A model generated the notes under the pieces. It made no database searches, was not told the DNA's origin, and worked only from the letters and a program-made list of their open reading frames with translations. The translations under genes were made by a program, and so were the position numbers. DNA of 64,000 nucleotides from Amoebidium appalachense (Eukaryota; Protista; Ichthyosporea): assembly GCA_963693365.1 (NCBI GenBank), contig CAVNZM010000009.1:8351408-8415407 (forward strand), in the 5' to 3' direction. Of the stretch, positions 23,901 to 35,377 are shown piece after piece (position 1 is the stretch's first letter; each line of letters opens with the position of its first letter).

Positions 23901-25400
23901 CCCTGACTGCTGAGTATCAAGCCTTCGTCGACAAAGACATCTTTGAACTTGTTGACCCTCCCCCTGGTGCTAACATCGTCGGCTTCAAGTGGATTGTCTC
24001 CGAGAAAACTCTCAACTCGGCTGGTGACACCAAGATCAAGGCACGTGGTGTTGCTCAAGGCTTCAGTCAGCAATACGGTGTTGACTATGAGTTGATTGAG
24101 AGCCCTGTCATCCGTCCGGCTGCTCTCCGTGCCATCCTAGCTCTGGCCGTTGTTGAAGGTCATGACATACATCAACTCGACGTGTCTACGGCCTTTCTCA
24201 ACAGCCCACTCACCGAGACCATCTACATGAAACAACCCCCCGGGATTCATCACCATGGCCACACTTGGCAAGGTCTGGAGACTCAAGAAAGCCCTGTACG
24301 GCCTCAAGCAAGCCTCCAAGGCTTGGTACGACTTCCTCGACGGCATTCTTCTTGCCCATGGCCTGACCCGTACTAAGACCGACCCGTGCATCTACCTCCG
24401 GTTCTTCCCCAACAACGATGTGGTACGGGCTGGTAACTACGTCGATGACTCCACCATCACCAACACCCGGGGTTCTACTGCTGCCAGTGACCTGGCTGCC
24501 CACATCAGCAAGATGGCCAGCTGTCGTATGAGTCCATTTGACCGTATGCTCGGTGTTGATTTTAATCACTCTGATCCCCATCACCTCCACATGCACCAGA
24601 GGTCTTACATCATGGATATCATCCACGACTTCAACCTCACCGATGCCAAGTCCAAGTCTACCCCCATCCCTGCAGGCACCACCGTCTCCCTGGCTGATTG
24701 CCCCCCCCAACCGTTCACCGTGCCCTACCGTGAGTTACTCGGCCGTCTCCTCTGGGTGGCACGGTGCACACGTCCCGACATTGCCTATGCCATCGGCTTC
24801 CTTGGTCGGTTCAGCACCAACCCCGGCAAGACTCACTGGGACCTTCTCCGTCGTGTGGCCCGGTACCTGCTCGGCACCATTGACCTTGGCATTGACTACA
24901 AGTACTCGGCCACCCAGTCCCCCATACTCGAATGCTACACGGATGCTGACTTTGCTGGTTGTGCCGACAGCAAGAAGTCTACCACCGGCTACATTATCGT
25001 GTTTGCTGGTATGCCCGTCATCTGGTACTCCAAGCTCCAGCCCATCACGGCCACCAGCACCACTGAAGCTGAGCTGATTGCTCTCAATGCTGGCACCCAA
25101 GAAGTTGCTTGGGTCCGTGACCTCTTCAAGGAACTCGGCTGTCCCATGCTTGCTCCGACTCCGGTGTACTGTGACAACCAGTCGACCATTGCCATCGTCA
25201 ACTCCACCGGCATCAAGCACCGTACCAAACACATTGCCGTCCGGTATCACAACACCAAGGACTACATTGCCAGTGGGGACGTGGTTGTCCACTACGTTGA
25301 GTCAGCCCACAACTTAGCTGACATACTCACCAAACCCCTCCCCGGCCCGAGTCATGTCCACCATCGTGCTCGACTTTGTTTACCGGATATTGTGGATTGA
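20991..25400 (+). CDS. Copia gag-pol polyprotein; two apparent frameshifts, both in C runs (~23555 and ~24240)
   Basis: CSYCHEPDHTIIDC knuckle; WDSGC (PR); WHHRLGH..CHGC and HWD..FDSGSEF..NGYVER (IN); KARGVAQGFSQ, LDVSTAFLN, LYGLKQA, YVDD (RT); TDADFAG, TEAE, CDNQS, LADILTK (RH). Confidence 0.95.
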
Positions 25401-26751
25401 CCCGACCTACTTCAAGAGTGATTTTCTCATGTGTACTACTTACTTTATCAACATCATTATATCATATGTATTGCCTTTGTGGGTATGCCCACTTAGGGTT
25501 TATATATAAGGTTTGACCTGTACCATCACTCTACTCTATCTTTCACTGGTTTAAAACCCAGTTAATCAAACACCGCCTATACACGTTATATATATTCGTT
25601 GTTTTTGCCCCGGTTCCTTCCCCCCCCCCCCCCCCCCCCTTCCCCCCCCCCCTCTCCCCCCCCCCCCTTCCCCCCCCCTCCCCCCCCCTTCTCCCCCCCC
25701 CCCCCCCCCCCGGGAAAAGTACACACTTTAATTTTTTTTTTCCGTTTCTGTTCTCAAGTGGGGAGATTTCACTAGTTCAGTGGGGATATGATAACACAAA
25801 CTTCAAAGTCTTAAGTGGGGATGTTATAATACGTAGTATTTACATATTGTAAGATCTTCTCAGTTCGTGTTATGTTTTCATTCATTTACTTAATGAAAAA
25901 GATGTGCTCCTTGTACGTAAATTATGACATCGATCTCCAGTGTATTTGAGTACTTGTAATCGTGTTGTATCGGCTTTAATCGTGTATTGTAATATCGATT
26001 AGAATATTTATATGTGTGTACACGGATCCACCCACTCAGGGAGAGACGTGTACATGTTCGTGTGTACATAAATATCTCTGGTTATAGTTATGCTATTACT
26101 ATCTTGTTTGTTGATCTGTGCTCTCTTTTCCTTCCTCTTTCTCCTTCCTTATTTTCTTTTCTTTCTCTCCTTGTCTTCATGTGTATAATCGTATTTCTTT
26201 TCTACTAATATATGTTAGGTAGATTTGTGTTACTTAATACGTGTTCATTGGACGGTAACACACTTAGGCTACACTTAGAATAGCATGTGTGTTTAGACTT
26301 CATTAATTCACTTTAGTTTTCATGTGTTGCCGGGCTTTAACCAATCATCAAGGTTAAGTGTGATATGTCTGAGTCTTTGCAGTATGTCATAGGTTAGAAC
26401 TTCCTTGATGATGACACGAGTTGATCTTAACTAGTGTCTGTGTCCTATCGTGTACGCCTCCGCGTACCGGATCTCTCTGAAAGCAATTGGTTCTTAGTGA
26501 TTGGTTTCTATTAGAGATGGATCTGATTTCCGACTGGTCGGAAATCATGTATGGATTGGACTTAGAGGAATTTCAGGTATTTATTCGAAGATCAGAATAA
26601 ATTCAGTTCAGTCGTGTCTAAACATTGATGTCTGTTGTGTACACTGCTCCGATCGTTCCGTGTTTTGTTGTTGTGTGTGTCTGTGGTGTTTTCACACTGC
26701 ACCACTGTGTCTCTGCTTACATCCTAAATACTTATAGAAATTAACAGTCCA

Positions 26752-28922
26752 GGCAGGCGCAATTTCCCCCCGCTGTCCCTCTCGTGTCTGCCCCCATCGT
26801 ACCCCCCTCCTCCTCTCCTCCTCCCCCCGCCGCCCCCCCCACCCCACTCTTCCCCGCATGACCATTCCGTCACATGGCCCCTCCCCAACTCCTTTCCTAC
26901 CCCCTCCCCCACCCGATCCTTCGATTTTCCTCTCCTCCCCCACCCCCCCTCCCCCTCTTCCTCCCACCAATCCTCTCCCTTTGTCTCCGCGATTGTTCCC
27001 AATTTCGAAACCATTAAGCCAAACGAGCTACAACAAGCACAGCTCGCAGACCCTGATGTGCGCCACATTATAGATTATTTGGTGCACAATATCCTACCAG
27101 AGGATGATAGACTCGCACGCCGTCTCGTGCTTGAACGTGACGCTTATACCGTGCACAACAACACCCTATACCATGTCTTTGTACCCACCCGACCGGGTGC
27201 TCAAGCACATGGACCAAGCTTTCAAATCGTGGTACCACGCGGTTTCAAACGTAAAATACTTGAAGCCTGCCATGATAGCGTACTTGGTGGCCACTTAGGA
27301 TTTTCTAAAACCTATCAGAAAATCCGCCAACGTTTCTATTGGCCGACCATGTACAGCGACATACACCACTATGTTGCATCATGCACAACCTGCCACGCCG
27401 GCCGCGATCCTCACCACGGATTGGCCCGTTCCCAATATTCCTCCCGCTTACCAGCACAACCATTCGAGGAGATATCAGTTGACCTTCTCACTAAACTGAC
27501 TCCTTCTTTCAACGGCAACAAATATATTCTCGTTGTTGTTGACAATTTAACCAATTGGATTGAAGCTTTCCCAATCCCGGATAAAAAGGCAGACACCATC
27601 GCACGCACACTCGTGGATGAAATATTCTGCCGCTATTCCCTTCCCCGCCGTGTGATTGTAGACGCCGAAAATAACTTCACCGGCAAACTTATGTCCGATG
27701 TATGCCGCCTACTAGGCATAGATCGCATCGTTACCCCACCGTACCACCACTCGTCCAATGGTTTGGTGGAAAAGGCAAATATGGATATTATCCGTGTCCT
27801 GCGCATGTACGTCTCCTCCCACCACCAGGACTGGGATATTTATCTACCCACCGCACTTTTTGCGTTACGCTCCTCCCTCAATGCCAGCAGAGGCAATTCC
27901 CCCTTTTACCTCCTTTTTGGTATTGACCCCAGACTTCCCGTTGATCTGGAATTTGAGCACCCCACACGTGCCCATCTCCCTGAAAATGTGTACACCCAAC
28001 AACTTGTACACCGCTTGCAGGATGCGCGATTGGCCGCACAGGAGACTTTACGTCAAGCGAGAGCAAAGCAAAAGCAATATGATGATGCTCACTCTCATAG
28101 CGTGCGCATATATACACCTGGCCAACAAGTGTGGGTGCACACACCAGTAACCCAACGCTACCGCACTGGTAAATTACTCCACATGTGGCAAGGTCCATAC
28201 CGTATTGCCCATCGCATCCCTGGCAATGCTGAACTGTACCAACTTGTCACTCCACGCGGTAAATTTATGAAAAATCCGGTTCATCACGATCGGTTAAAAC
28301 CATTTATCAACCGAGATGACCGCCCCTTGGACGATGCTATCCTACCCTTTCCACCACTCCCACAACCACAAGATCCCCCCGCCCCTGGGCAACACCCACT
28401 TGCGGAAGAAGATCTTCCTGAGGATGCAGAATTCGTGGTTCAGGCACCCCCCCCTCCACCCCCACCCCCACCCCCACCTTCCCGCACGCCCCCTCCCCCC
28501 GCCCCCCTCCCCCTCAACTTCAACCTCACCCCGCCCCGGGCCCTCCACAACATCTTCCACAACCCCCTCCCCCTCCCTCCCCCATGCCTCAAGCTATGCC
28601 TGCCCAGCCACCCACTCTACCCACTCTCCGACTTCCCCTCCCCGGCCTAGCCGTACCTACGCAGCTCGCTCCCCCTCCACCCCCACTACCCCCCCCTTCC
28701 CCCCCGCCTCCTCACCACATCACTTACGTTCTCCCTCAAAATACATACCCGGACTCCCATATGCCCAATTTGGCACCCTACCCGCATATCCACGCCCCAC
28801 TATCGTTTACGTGGATCTCCCCCGGATGGGCATATGCACCTGACGGCCGATTGTACTACTTAGCCGCTGATTATAACGGTCAACCCGCATGGTTTCCAGA
28901 TGACCGCATGATCGAAATATAA
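26752..28922 (+). CDS. Gypsy integrase (HHCC, DDE, GPY/F) with a Pro-rich tail; frameshifts in C runs
   Basis: ACHD..GGHLG..CTTC; VDLL..VDAENNF..NGLVEKAN; WQGPYRI. Main ORF 27058-28650; probable C-terminus in frame 28584-28922. Confidence 0.92.
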
Positions 28923-28938
28923 AAAGATTCCCCCTCCC

Positions 28939-28982
<44 letters not shown>

Positions 28983-29866
28983 ATTCCCCCATCCCCCCCC
29001 CCCCCCCATCCCCCCCCCCATCCCCCCCCCCCCCCCTCCCTGGTAACCAGTATGCACCCATTACCTACTGTCCCCAACCCATTTAAAAAAAAAAAAATTA
29101 AAAAAAAAAAAAAATGAACACATATTTATTTATTATACACTCCTCTCTTTTCCGAGCGCCTTACCTCGCAAGGCCACCTCCTTCTGAGTTGGCTACTCAC
29201 TCGAGCCGCTCGAATCGCTAGGCCTTTTCCCCTCATTTCCTGTCACCCTTCCCCGCCTCCCATTCCCCCCCCCCCCCCCCCCCCCTTCCCCCCCTCCCCC
29301 CCCCCCCTCCCGCCACCGCTTTCTAGGCCTACTTCCACGTGCATGAGGCGAGCATCCTATCTCGCAAGGCCACCCCTGTACCAACCTGGCTACTCACTCG
29401 AGCTGCTCCCCTCACACACAAACACACACACACATACACACACACTATATTTTCGAATAAAAAAAAAAAAAAAAATAAAAAATAAAAAAAAAAAAAATTC
29501 GTTTGCACATTTTTTATGCATGAATGCGTGCCTGTAAATATTACTATGCATGAAGCTTTATTAAATAACGCTAACTTACTTTTAGCACGTTCTTTAGTAG
29601 CATCTCAGCTACTTGTGCTTTAGCCGCTATAGAGCATCATATCCAATTTTTCTTTCATATATAGCTAGCCCTAGCATAGGTCTCTAAATTAGCTTCAATA
29701 GGCTTGCTTAAATTATAGCACATAGCCTTTAAGCTATCGCTAGACCTCATAATATCTGCCACATGTCTGTATTCTAGTATGCCTGTACATAACTGCCACT
29801 TTCGGTGCTGCCTTATACCCTGGGTGCTGGTCACTCTGTTAGCCGCCCTTTTTTTTTCCTCCTGGT

Positions 29867-29902
29867 TTGAGCTCGGGACGAGCTCAACTCCCCCGGGGGG
29901 AA
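29867..29902 (+). promoter_or_regulatory. Pre-PPT hairpin and polypurine tract of the Gypsy
   Basis: TTGAGCTCG-GGA-CGAGCTCAA 9-bp stem (29867-29887), then GGGGGGAA abutting the 3' LTR. Confidence 0.75.
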
Positions 29903-30115
29903 TGCCCGAGCGAGATCACGTGACCTCGCCCGCACTGGGGTATAGGCAGGCGCACCCGGCTCACGGCAGCCAGATTGGCCATCGCTCACAAGCACAGGCC
30001 CAATACAGACTCTCGGCAGCTCTGTGTGAGTCCCGTCACCGTCCCTCACACACTAAGTGCCTCGTTCCCCTTTTTCCCTCTTGTTCCTTAGTCCCATGTA
30101 CCACTAGCTTAGGCA
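29903..30115 (+). repeat. Gypsy 3' LTR
   Basis: Direct repeat of 7315-7527, followed by TSD CCTA. Confidence 0.96.
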
Positions 30116-30339
30116 CCTACACACTAATTAGAATTCTATTGGTCGGCTGACGTGGTCCTGCCCTGCGCCGGCAGAGGCAAGATGCACGCAGCTGTACAGC
30201 TATCTTGAGGCCCCGGACTTGATCTTGATGATCTGTGGACCCGGGCCACCCCCCCCCCCCCCCCCCCTCTCGATCGTAGACTTAGGCTGATCTGCTGAGA
30301 CGGATTAGTATATGTCCAGGGGGGGGGGGGGGGGGGGGG

Positions 30340-32085
30340 TGCAAGAAAAGTGCTGACTTACGGCAAAAGTCCCTAGTAGTATTCTCGCCTGACTTAGGCA
30401 GAGTGTACACACTACAACTAACACGTACCTGGGCACACATGCATATGAATGAGAGTATACGTGGGTGATCAGGCCACTAAACTAACAGACATAAACACGT
30501 GCAGAGTGGTGCTGGCAATGCACGATGCCACAGCACTAACAGAGAGGGTGGTGGGGAGGTAGAAACACAGTTGCATGTTCTGTCAATCTACGTCTAATTT
30601 ATTATGCTCGATTCTCACCTATTTATCTGCCGCAGGCAGGTTCCATGAATACAGATCTATCCAAAGGTATTTGCGCATCTGATTGGCAAATATTATGAAC
30701 ACTATAAATCTGACCAATCATATAACGACACGTACATGAACGGAAATCAAACTGCATTCCCCTCATACGGTCCAACCGCAGACAAAACACCCGACTACAC
30801 AGAAAACATGAAAAGCATGCAAAACAATCCTCTCGCTATCGCCAATAGCTAAACAAACTATGAATACCACACGTGCCTAATGAATAACAGAGGGCAAACA
30901 AGAGCATGCCGGACATGCTTATGAAATAAAGGGAGATAAAGCACAAATAAACGATCGTACCTAACTATGTATGCTATGTGCTCGTGCAACCCGTGTAAAC
31001 CAAAGATGTGCAACTAATGAAGAATCGTGCTGTCCACGTGCGTGCGAAATGCATATGCCAACTCGTGCACTATTGTTGTATATTCTGGCACACCCCTTAC
31101 AACATTAGGGCACGAATTACTGCAATACAAAATTTAGCGAATAAATGTGCACCAATAGAAATTTAGCGAATAAATATTAACGAAAACACAATCACTCGCA
31201 CCCCTTGCTGCATAGCCACGAGTATTCGCTCACTTCTTCTGCACCTTGCGCGATGACTTGTCGCACGTGTCCATGCCCACCACCTTCTTGCAGTTGTTGA
31301 GAGCTGCACCCCCGAGTGCTTTGGTGAGCATGTCTGCCGCCTGCTCATTGGTCGGCACGTACACAAACCAATGTCGCCGCGACGGACGTGGTGGCAAGTG
31401 AGGTGGTACTTGATGTCGATATGCTTCGTGCGGTTGAACAACTCGGGGTTCTTGGCTATCTTGATGCAGGCCTGGTTGTCCTCGTGCAGGATGGTGGGGC
31501 TAATAGGAGGGAAGCCGCAGGCGGTAGTCAGTTTGCGCAACCACAGGGCCTCCTTGGTAGCACGGGCTGCGCTCACATACTCGGCCTCTGCGGTGCTGTC
31601 TGCCACCACGGTCTGCAGCTTGGATGCACACAAAATGGCACCCCTAGCAGCAAGAAACACCACACCTGTCGTTGAGCGGCGGTTGTCTGGGTTTCCCGCC
31701 CAATCAGCATCCACGTAACAAACAACCTGCCCCTTGGTGTCCGCGCTGGTGGACCGGCGGTAGGTGATGCCGTCGTCAATGGTGCCCTTGATGCAGCGCA
31801 ACACACGTTTGGCGGCGGCAAGGTGGGCCTGCCCAGGGTTGCTGAGAAATCGCGCAAGCACGCTCACAGGGGCGGCAATGTCCGGGCGGGTCCACACGGC
31901 CAGATACATCAGGCTGCCGACAATGGCCTGGTACACAGGCTGCATCGGTGGCCATTGCTGCCACCTCCTCCCGGGTTGCTGGGCACTGGGTCTTGCTGAG
32001 CTTATCCAGTGTCATGGGTGTGTCCACAGGCTTGCAGTCAGCCATGCCGTAGCGCTCGAAAGATATTTGTATATATTGAACCTGG
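30340..32085 (-). mobile_element. 5'-truncated Copia of a second family: RT C-terminus, RNase H and probable 3' LTR (30340-31090)
   Basis: MADCKPVDTPM, YQAIVGSLMYLAVWTRPDI, YVDADWAG, STAEAEY, EDNQAC, RTKHIDIKYH, with frameshifts. LTR inferred from TGCAAGAA...TTCTGGCA termini and a PPT-like AAGGGGTG. Confidence 0.85.
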
Positions 32086-32650
32086 ACTCCAGGCTCTGAT
32101 CATCATTTGAACGCTGCTGGCCATTTGGTGGGAAAATGTGACCAATCAAACTTCGCAATGATCAGAAACCTCGGGAATTCAAATGCGTAATTGTTAACTT
32201 GCTAGCCGAACCGGTCACACAGAGGCGACCAAGCGACAGAGGGGCGACTCGTCAACTGAGCAACCAAAACAAAACAGTGTTACAGGGCTCGGAAAGTTAG
32301 TCACTTTGAGTGCTGCCTCCCTGCAGCCTCTCTGACATACCTTTTATGTCCCGCAGCGTAGTATAGCCCGGTAAATGTAAGCTAGCGGTATAAGTCTAGG
32401 AGTTACGTCGACGTCGAGCATTGCAGTGTGATCATCAGGTCGAAATAAAAGAGCGATACAGATAAAATAGACGGTAGAAACAGGCGCAGAGTGCAAACAC
32501 AGCAGAGTGCAAGCACATTCTGCGCATGCACAGTCTGCGCGGCTTTTCCCCAGTGTGCATACGAAGTCATTTCCATAGAATTATGATGCAAACTCCCAAC
32601 CGTTCCATCTCTGCTCTCAACCTTTGGCTTCTCACAAACGCCAATCCACC

Positions 32651-32839
32651 ATGTCTGGCTTCCATGTGTCGGCCAGCTGCTGTGGGCAGCGTGAGCGCTA
32701 TAGGCGCTACTACGAGGAGGGCCGCCTGTGTGACGTCACGCTCCAGGCGGTGGCCCGCGACGGCACGCCTCGTGAATTCAATGTTCACCGTGTCATCATG
32801 GTGGGTTGCCCTCCCCCCTCCCCCCCCCCCCTCTCTCTC

Positions 32840-32875
<36 letters not shown>

Positions 32876-33311
32876 GTGCCCCGTACCCTCCCCCCGCCCC
32901 CCGCCCCCCCCCCACTCTCTCCCGACGAGTAACCTGTCCCATACACACTAGATAACTCCAGCAGTTTACAAATCCTCAAAATGGCAGCTTTCTATGTTTT
33001 TGCCCTCCGTTCCTGTTCCCCTCCTTTCCGCTCCCCTCTTCCTGTTTCCCTTCCCCGCTCGCGCGCTTTCCCTCACCTCCCTAACCCCTACTGTCTCTAG
33101 CCCTCCTCTCCTTCCCTCCTTGTCCCACTCCTTACATTCACGTTTCCCGCTCTCACCCTCCCCCCCCCCCCTCTCCCTCCCCCTTTTCCCTTCTATCCCT
33201 CCCTCCCTGCCTCCCCCCTCCCTCCCCCCTCCCTCTATCTTCTTCTCCACCTCTCAATTACTCTCCCTCCAACTCACTCCCCCTCTACCTTCCTCCTTTT
33301 ACCCCCCCCCC

Positions 33312-33348
<37 letters not shown>

Positions 33349-34294
33349 CTTTCCCTCCCCTGCCTGCCCAATGCCACTCTTGCTGGATGTGTGTGCTCAT
33401 GCACACCTGTAGATGTCTGCTTCGTCTCCCCTCCCACATTACCTTCGCCGATCTCCCCAACTCTCTACCTCGTAGTTATATGTGGGAAAGCACACATGCA
33501 GACACACTTATGCACTACTCACATAATATTCGCACGCGATTGCATTTACACGAGGCCACCCAATCACCCACACATGCACACGTGCTTTCCTCGAGCACCC
33601 TCCCTCCTTCCCTGCCTACACTCCTTTTTCATTTAGACAGAAAATTTCACCCTATTATCCCTGCTCTTCTGCCTTCACCCCCACCACCTATTCTTTTTAT
33701 GGCAAGACTGCACCCCGCTCAATTGCAAAACAAACGAAGATCCCCCCCCCCCTCCCCCCCCCCCCCCTCCCCCCTCTGCCCGCTCCTGCCTGACCACCAC
33801 CACCCTCATTACCCTAAACCTAAAGGCCACATAGAAATGGGAAAAGTAAATGAAAAGAGGCAAAAGCGTTTTAAAGGCTTAGCATTGATTCGTGTTCATG
33901 TCCGTTGTTGTGTTCCATCAATTTCCCCTTTTGCCCTACACCTCTGCTACTCCAAAGGGCTTTCGGCTATTTCACAACCTTTGGCCTGCCAACTCCGCCC
34001 ATCTTTTGCTCCCTCTGCCTCCCCCGCTCCCCCCTCCCCCCCCCCCCCCCCCCCCCCCGTCCCCCTCCACCCACCCACCCAACCCCACACCTCGACCGCC
34101 ACCACCACTACCACCATAACCGGCTTCACTTTCTTCCCTCTCTCTATCTCCCCCCCCCCCCCCCCCCTCTTCCCTTCCCTCTTTTCTCTCCCTCTGTCTC
34201 TCTCTCTCTCGTCCCCCTCCCCCCGCCTCTATCTCTTTCTCCTGCACCCCCCCCTCGCCCCCCCCTTCCTCTTGTCCCTTTTTATCGCTCCCCC

Positions 34295-34325
<31 letters not shown>

Positions 34326-35330
34326 ACGCCTGTCTGAAACAAACAATCACACACACACACCCTCTAATACATACAGCTATCTGCCTCTCTTCCCGCCTCT
34401 CATTAGGAGTCATGTTTTTGGCTTTTCTGTGCACGAAGTCCTCGTAGCCCCCTCCGCCCCCCCCCCCCCCCTTCCCCCCCCTCCCCCCCCCCCCCCCCCC
34501 CCCCGCCCGCCCGCCCACCCGCCCCCCCTTCCCCCCTCAACAACACACACACACATGCAGACACACACCTCTCATCTTCTCCTTTGTTTAGCCAACCCTA
34601 TCATGTGATACTTGATTTCGTATTTTGTATTTGGGTGCTGTGTGAATCTTTTTCTGCTTCTTCTGTTAAGTTAAACTTCATTACATAAATAATTCTCAAT
34701 ATAGAAAGCACGGCCCCTCTTAGCACCTGCACATAGCCATGTTAACAGCTAAAAACGACGATAGAGAGAGGCTGGTGCACGTGTGTGTGGTGGGGGTGAG
34801 GGAAGGGGGGGGGAGGGGGAGGGGAGGGAAGGGTAGAGTGGTAAGAGAACAAGGGGAGAGCGGGGAGAGGATAGAAGCCAGTTGTATTATGTTTCCGCAC
34901 ATGATAAATGATACTGAGCCCATACACATCGAAATACAACATATCAAGAATGACACGAATGTGAACATGAAGTTAAAAACAAACATCACATGCAGGCCGG
35001 GGCGGGGGATGTGTGGGAGGCGCTGCTTGCCGGGCGGGGGTTTTTGGAGGCGGGGCAGAGGGTCATTTGCATCCACGAGACCGACGCCGACACCCTGGGC
35101 CTGCTCGTGCGGTCCGTCTACGGCCTGGCCGGCCAGGCGGGCCCCGAGGACTGTGTGCACATGGTCAATGCCGCAGACAAGGTGTGTGCGTGTGCATGTG
35201 TTTTCTTCTTCTTTTCTTCTTCCTTTTTCTGTTATTTTTTTTTTGTTGCTGTTGTTGTTGTTGTTTGGGGTGGGCGGGTGGGGGGGGGGGGGAGAGGGGG
35301 GGGGGGGGGGGGGGGGGGGGGGACAGGGCA

Positions 35331-35377
<47 letters not shown>

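Larger units (their letters stand above)
20004..26746 (+). mobile_element. Full-length Ty1/Copia retrotransposon (6743 bp) inserted between Gypsy RNase H and integrase
   Basis: 925-bp LTRs 20004-20928 and 25822-26746, apparently identical; TSD GTCCA at 19999-20003 and 26747-26751; PPT AAGTGGGGA at 25813-25821. Confidence 0.98.
7315..30115 (+). mobile_element. Ty3/Gypsy LTR retrotransposon (~11 kb without nested insertions)
   Basis: Identical 213-bp LTRs; 4-bp TSD CCTA (7311-7314 and 30116-30119); iMet PBS; PPT; domain order gag-PR-RT-RH-IN. Confidence 0.97.
6709..30316. mobile_element. ~0.8-kb non-coding element with 45-bp perfect terminal inverted repeats, split by the Gypsy insertion (arms 6709-7314 and 30120-30316)
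   Basis: 6709-6753 (GACATATACTAATCCGTCTCAGCAGATCAGCCTAAGTCTACGATC) is the exact reverse complement of 30272-30316. Each is followed inward by a G run on its own strand. No TSD is visible. Confidence 0.7.

Noticed and set aside
23540-24250. Copia frameshifts as programmed frameshifting or true pseudogenisation
   Set aside because: Both fall in C homopolymers in an element with apparently identical LTRs, so sequencing error is more parsimonious. Raw reads are needed to settle it.
22440-25292. Long antisense ORFs over the Copia pol (and 14508-15284 over the Gypsy gag)
   Set aside because: They are the expected shadows of strong third-position C bias.
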